DNA from: Phallusia mammillata
Lineage: Eukaryota
Length of the DNA stretch: 64,000 nt
Direction: 5' to 3'
NCBI GenBank assembly: GCA_965637545.1
Contig: OZ281501.1
Location: 1,240,001-1,304,000 of the forward strand
The notes under the pieces are model-generated. The model was not told where the DNA came from. It worked only from the letters and a program-made list of their open reading frames with translations, and did no database searches. A program made the translations under genes and the position numbers. Positions 62,908 through 64,000 of this stretch are shown piece by piece. The stretch's first letter is position 1, and the number at the start of each line of letters is the position of its first letter.

Positions 62908-63828
62908 TCACCTCTCGAAAGCGCCAGTGTTTACCACGTGACCGTTCGTGTTGGTCATCCTTCTACTGGATCCGATTCTTCTTTTCTTAATCTTCTTCCC
63001 TGCGATTACCACGCAAGCTCCCAGCCTCATCACGATGTACTGGATAAACTCGAATATAGTAATAAGACTCATTCCAACCCATAAGCCTAGTTGCCCTCCT
63101 GGAAAACACAAATAAAACTGAATTTTAACTGCTTACTTACTCAAATGGGGACCTAGAAAAGTGACATAATACATTCTGAAGTCATTCACCAACACAAGAG
63201 CTCGCTTGGTTTGTTGTTTTAACTTCGGTTTTTGCAAAGGGGTTTACACTTTACTGTAGCTACAACGTTTGCATGGTGGCACACTTATTAAACTTACTTA
63301 ATACATTTTGAAGTCATACATGTTTAAAGGCAAGTTTATTTCGCTTTAACACGTTGAAAATGCTTTTCAAAGAGAATAGTGTGATGTATATAAGTTTTCT
63401 ACTTTACTTTAAGTTGGTTAATTCCGGTTTAGCTTTACATTTTTCCGTATAATTTATGTTGTTTCGTTTTCGGTGGAGGAGTTATTGAGGTAATGTTTGA
63501 ATAATTCTACTCACCCAAGTCGCTGAGCAACGAACTTTCGTCAATCAACTTGCTTTGCGTCTCCTTAATGTAAGCAAGTTGCTCAAACGAAATATCCAAG
63601 GCTAGAATGTTTTCTGCCAGGTACGAATCCGTATCATTGAAATTTGACTGCGAAACATCGAACACTTTGTTGTCTGTGTTTGGTTTTGGTTTAAGTTTTT
63701 GCTGTTGGTTTATCTCTTACCTGGAAATACGCCTCTGCATTTATGTTGGGTATATGTGCGTACGACATTGTCACTGGATAAGTTTTAAAGTTGCATGGCA
63801 CAGAACAAAAGCAGCTTTCCGGAGTCAA
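62908..63828 (-). CDS. DEG/ENaC channel subunit, ASIC/BASIC-like (paralogue C, 3' part only; continues beyond the window)
   Basis: Last three exons: 63828-63721 (LTPESCFCSVPCNFKTY...), 63647-63515 (...ENILALDISFEQL...SSLLSDL) and 63098-62908 (GGQLGLWVGMSLITIFEF...). Exon sizes 108 and 133 match paralogue A. Confidence 0.92.
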
Positions 63829-64000
63829 CTGCAACAAATAGTGTAATTGTTTCTAACCCTCAGAATATTATTGCTTCTTTATAGATCTTAATGTCACTTA
63901 ACAAGCAAAAACAATTTGCAACATTACAATTTAATTCTCTATTTTCTGAAAAAAAAACTAAAAACACACTATAATTTTGTGAGGATGGTGACTGAGCTGC

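Overview
AT-rich, intron-containing animal genomic DNA; the style fits a marine invertebrate such as a tunicate, but the taxon cannot be fixed from sequence. Positions 1-27 kb contain no confident gene. They hold a decayed CR1/L2-type LINE, a Helentron/HINE-like element with a 128-bp tandem array, fold-back palindromes, and short repeats carrying minimal hammerhead-ribozyme (HHR) motifs of the Penelope-like-element type. Eight HHR-like motifs were found by eye across the window: four with an intact core, one partly decayed, three with a mutated core. The rest of the window has five genes. (1) A >=15-exon plus-strand gene (28006-37330, ~1,790-1,870 aa) with an N-terminal coiled coil and a long Ser/Pro-rich tail full of YxN and poly-proline motifs. 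(2) A convergent 4-exon minus-strand gene of unknown function (41325-38397, 496 aa), with a hAT MITE and three CRE sites upstream. (3-5) A tandem array of at least three DEG/ENaC (ASIC/BASIC-like) channel paralogues on the minus strand: two complete, one running off the right edge. All exon models were built by hand from splice signals and frame continuity; no database searches were run.
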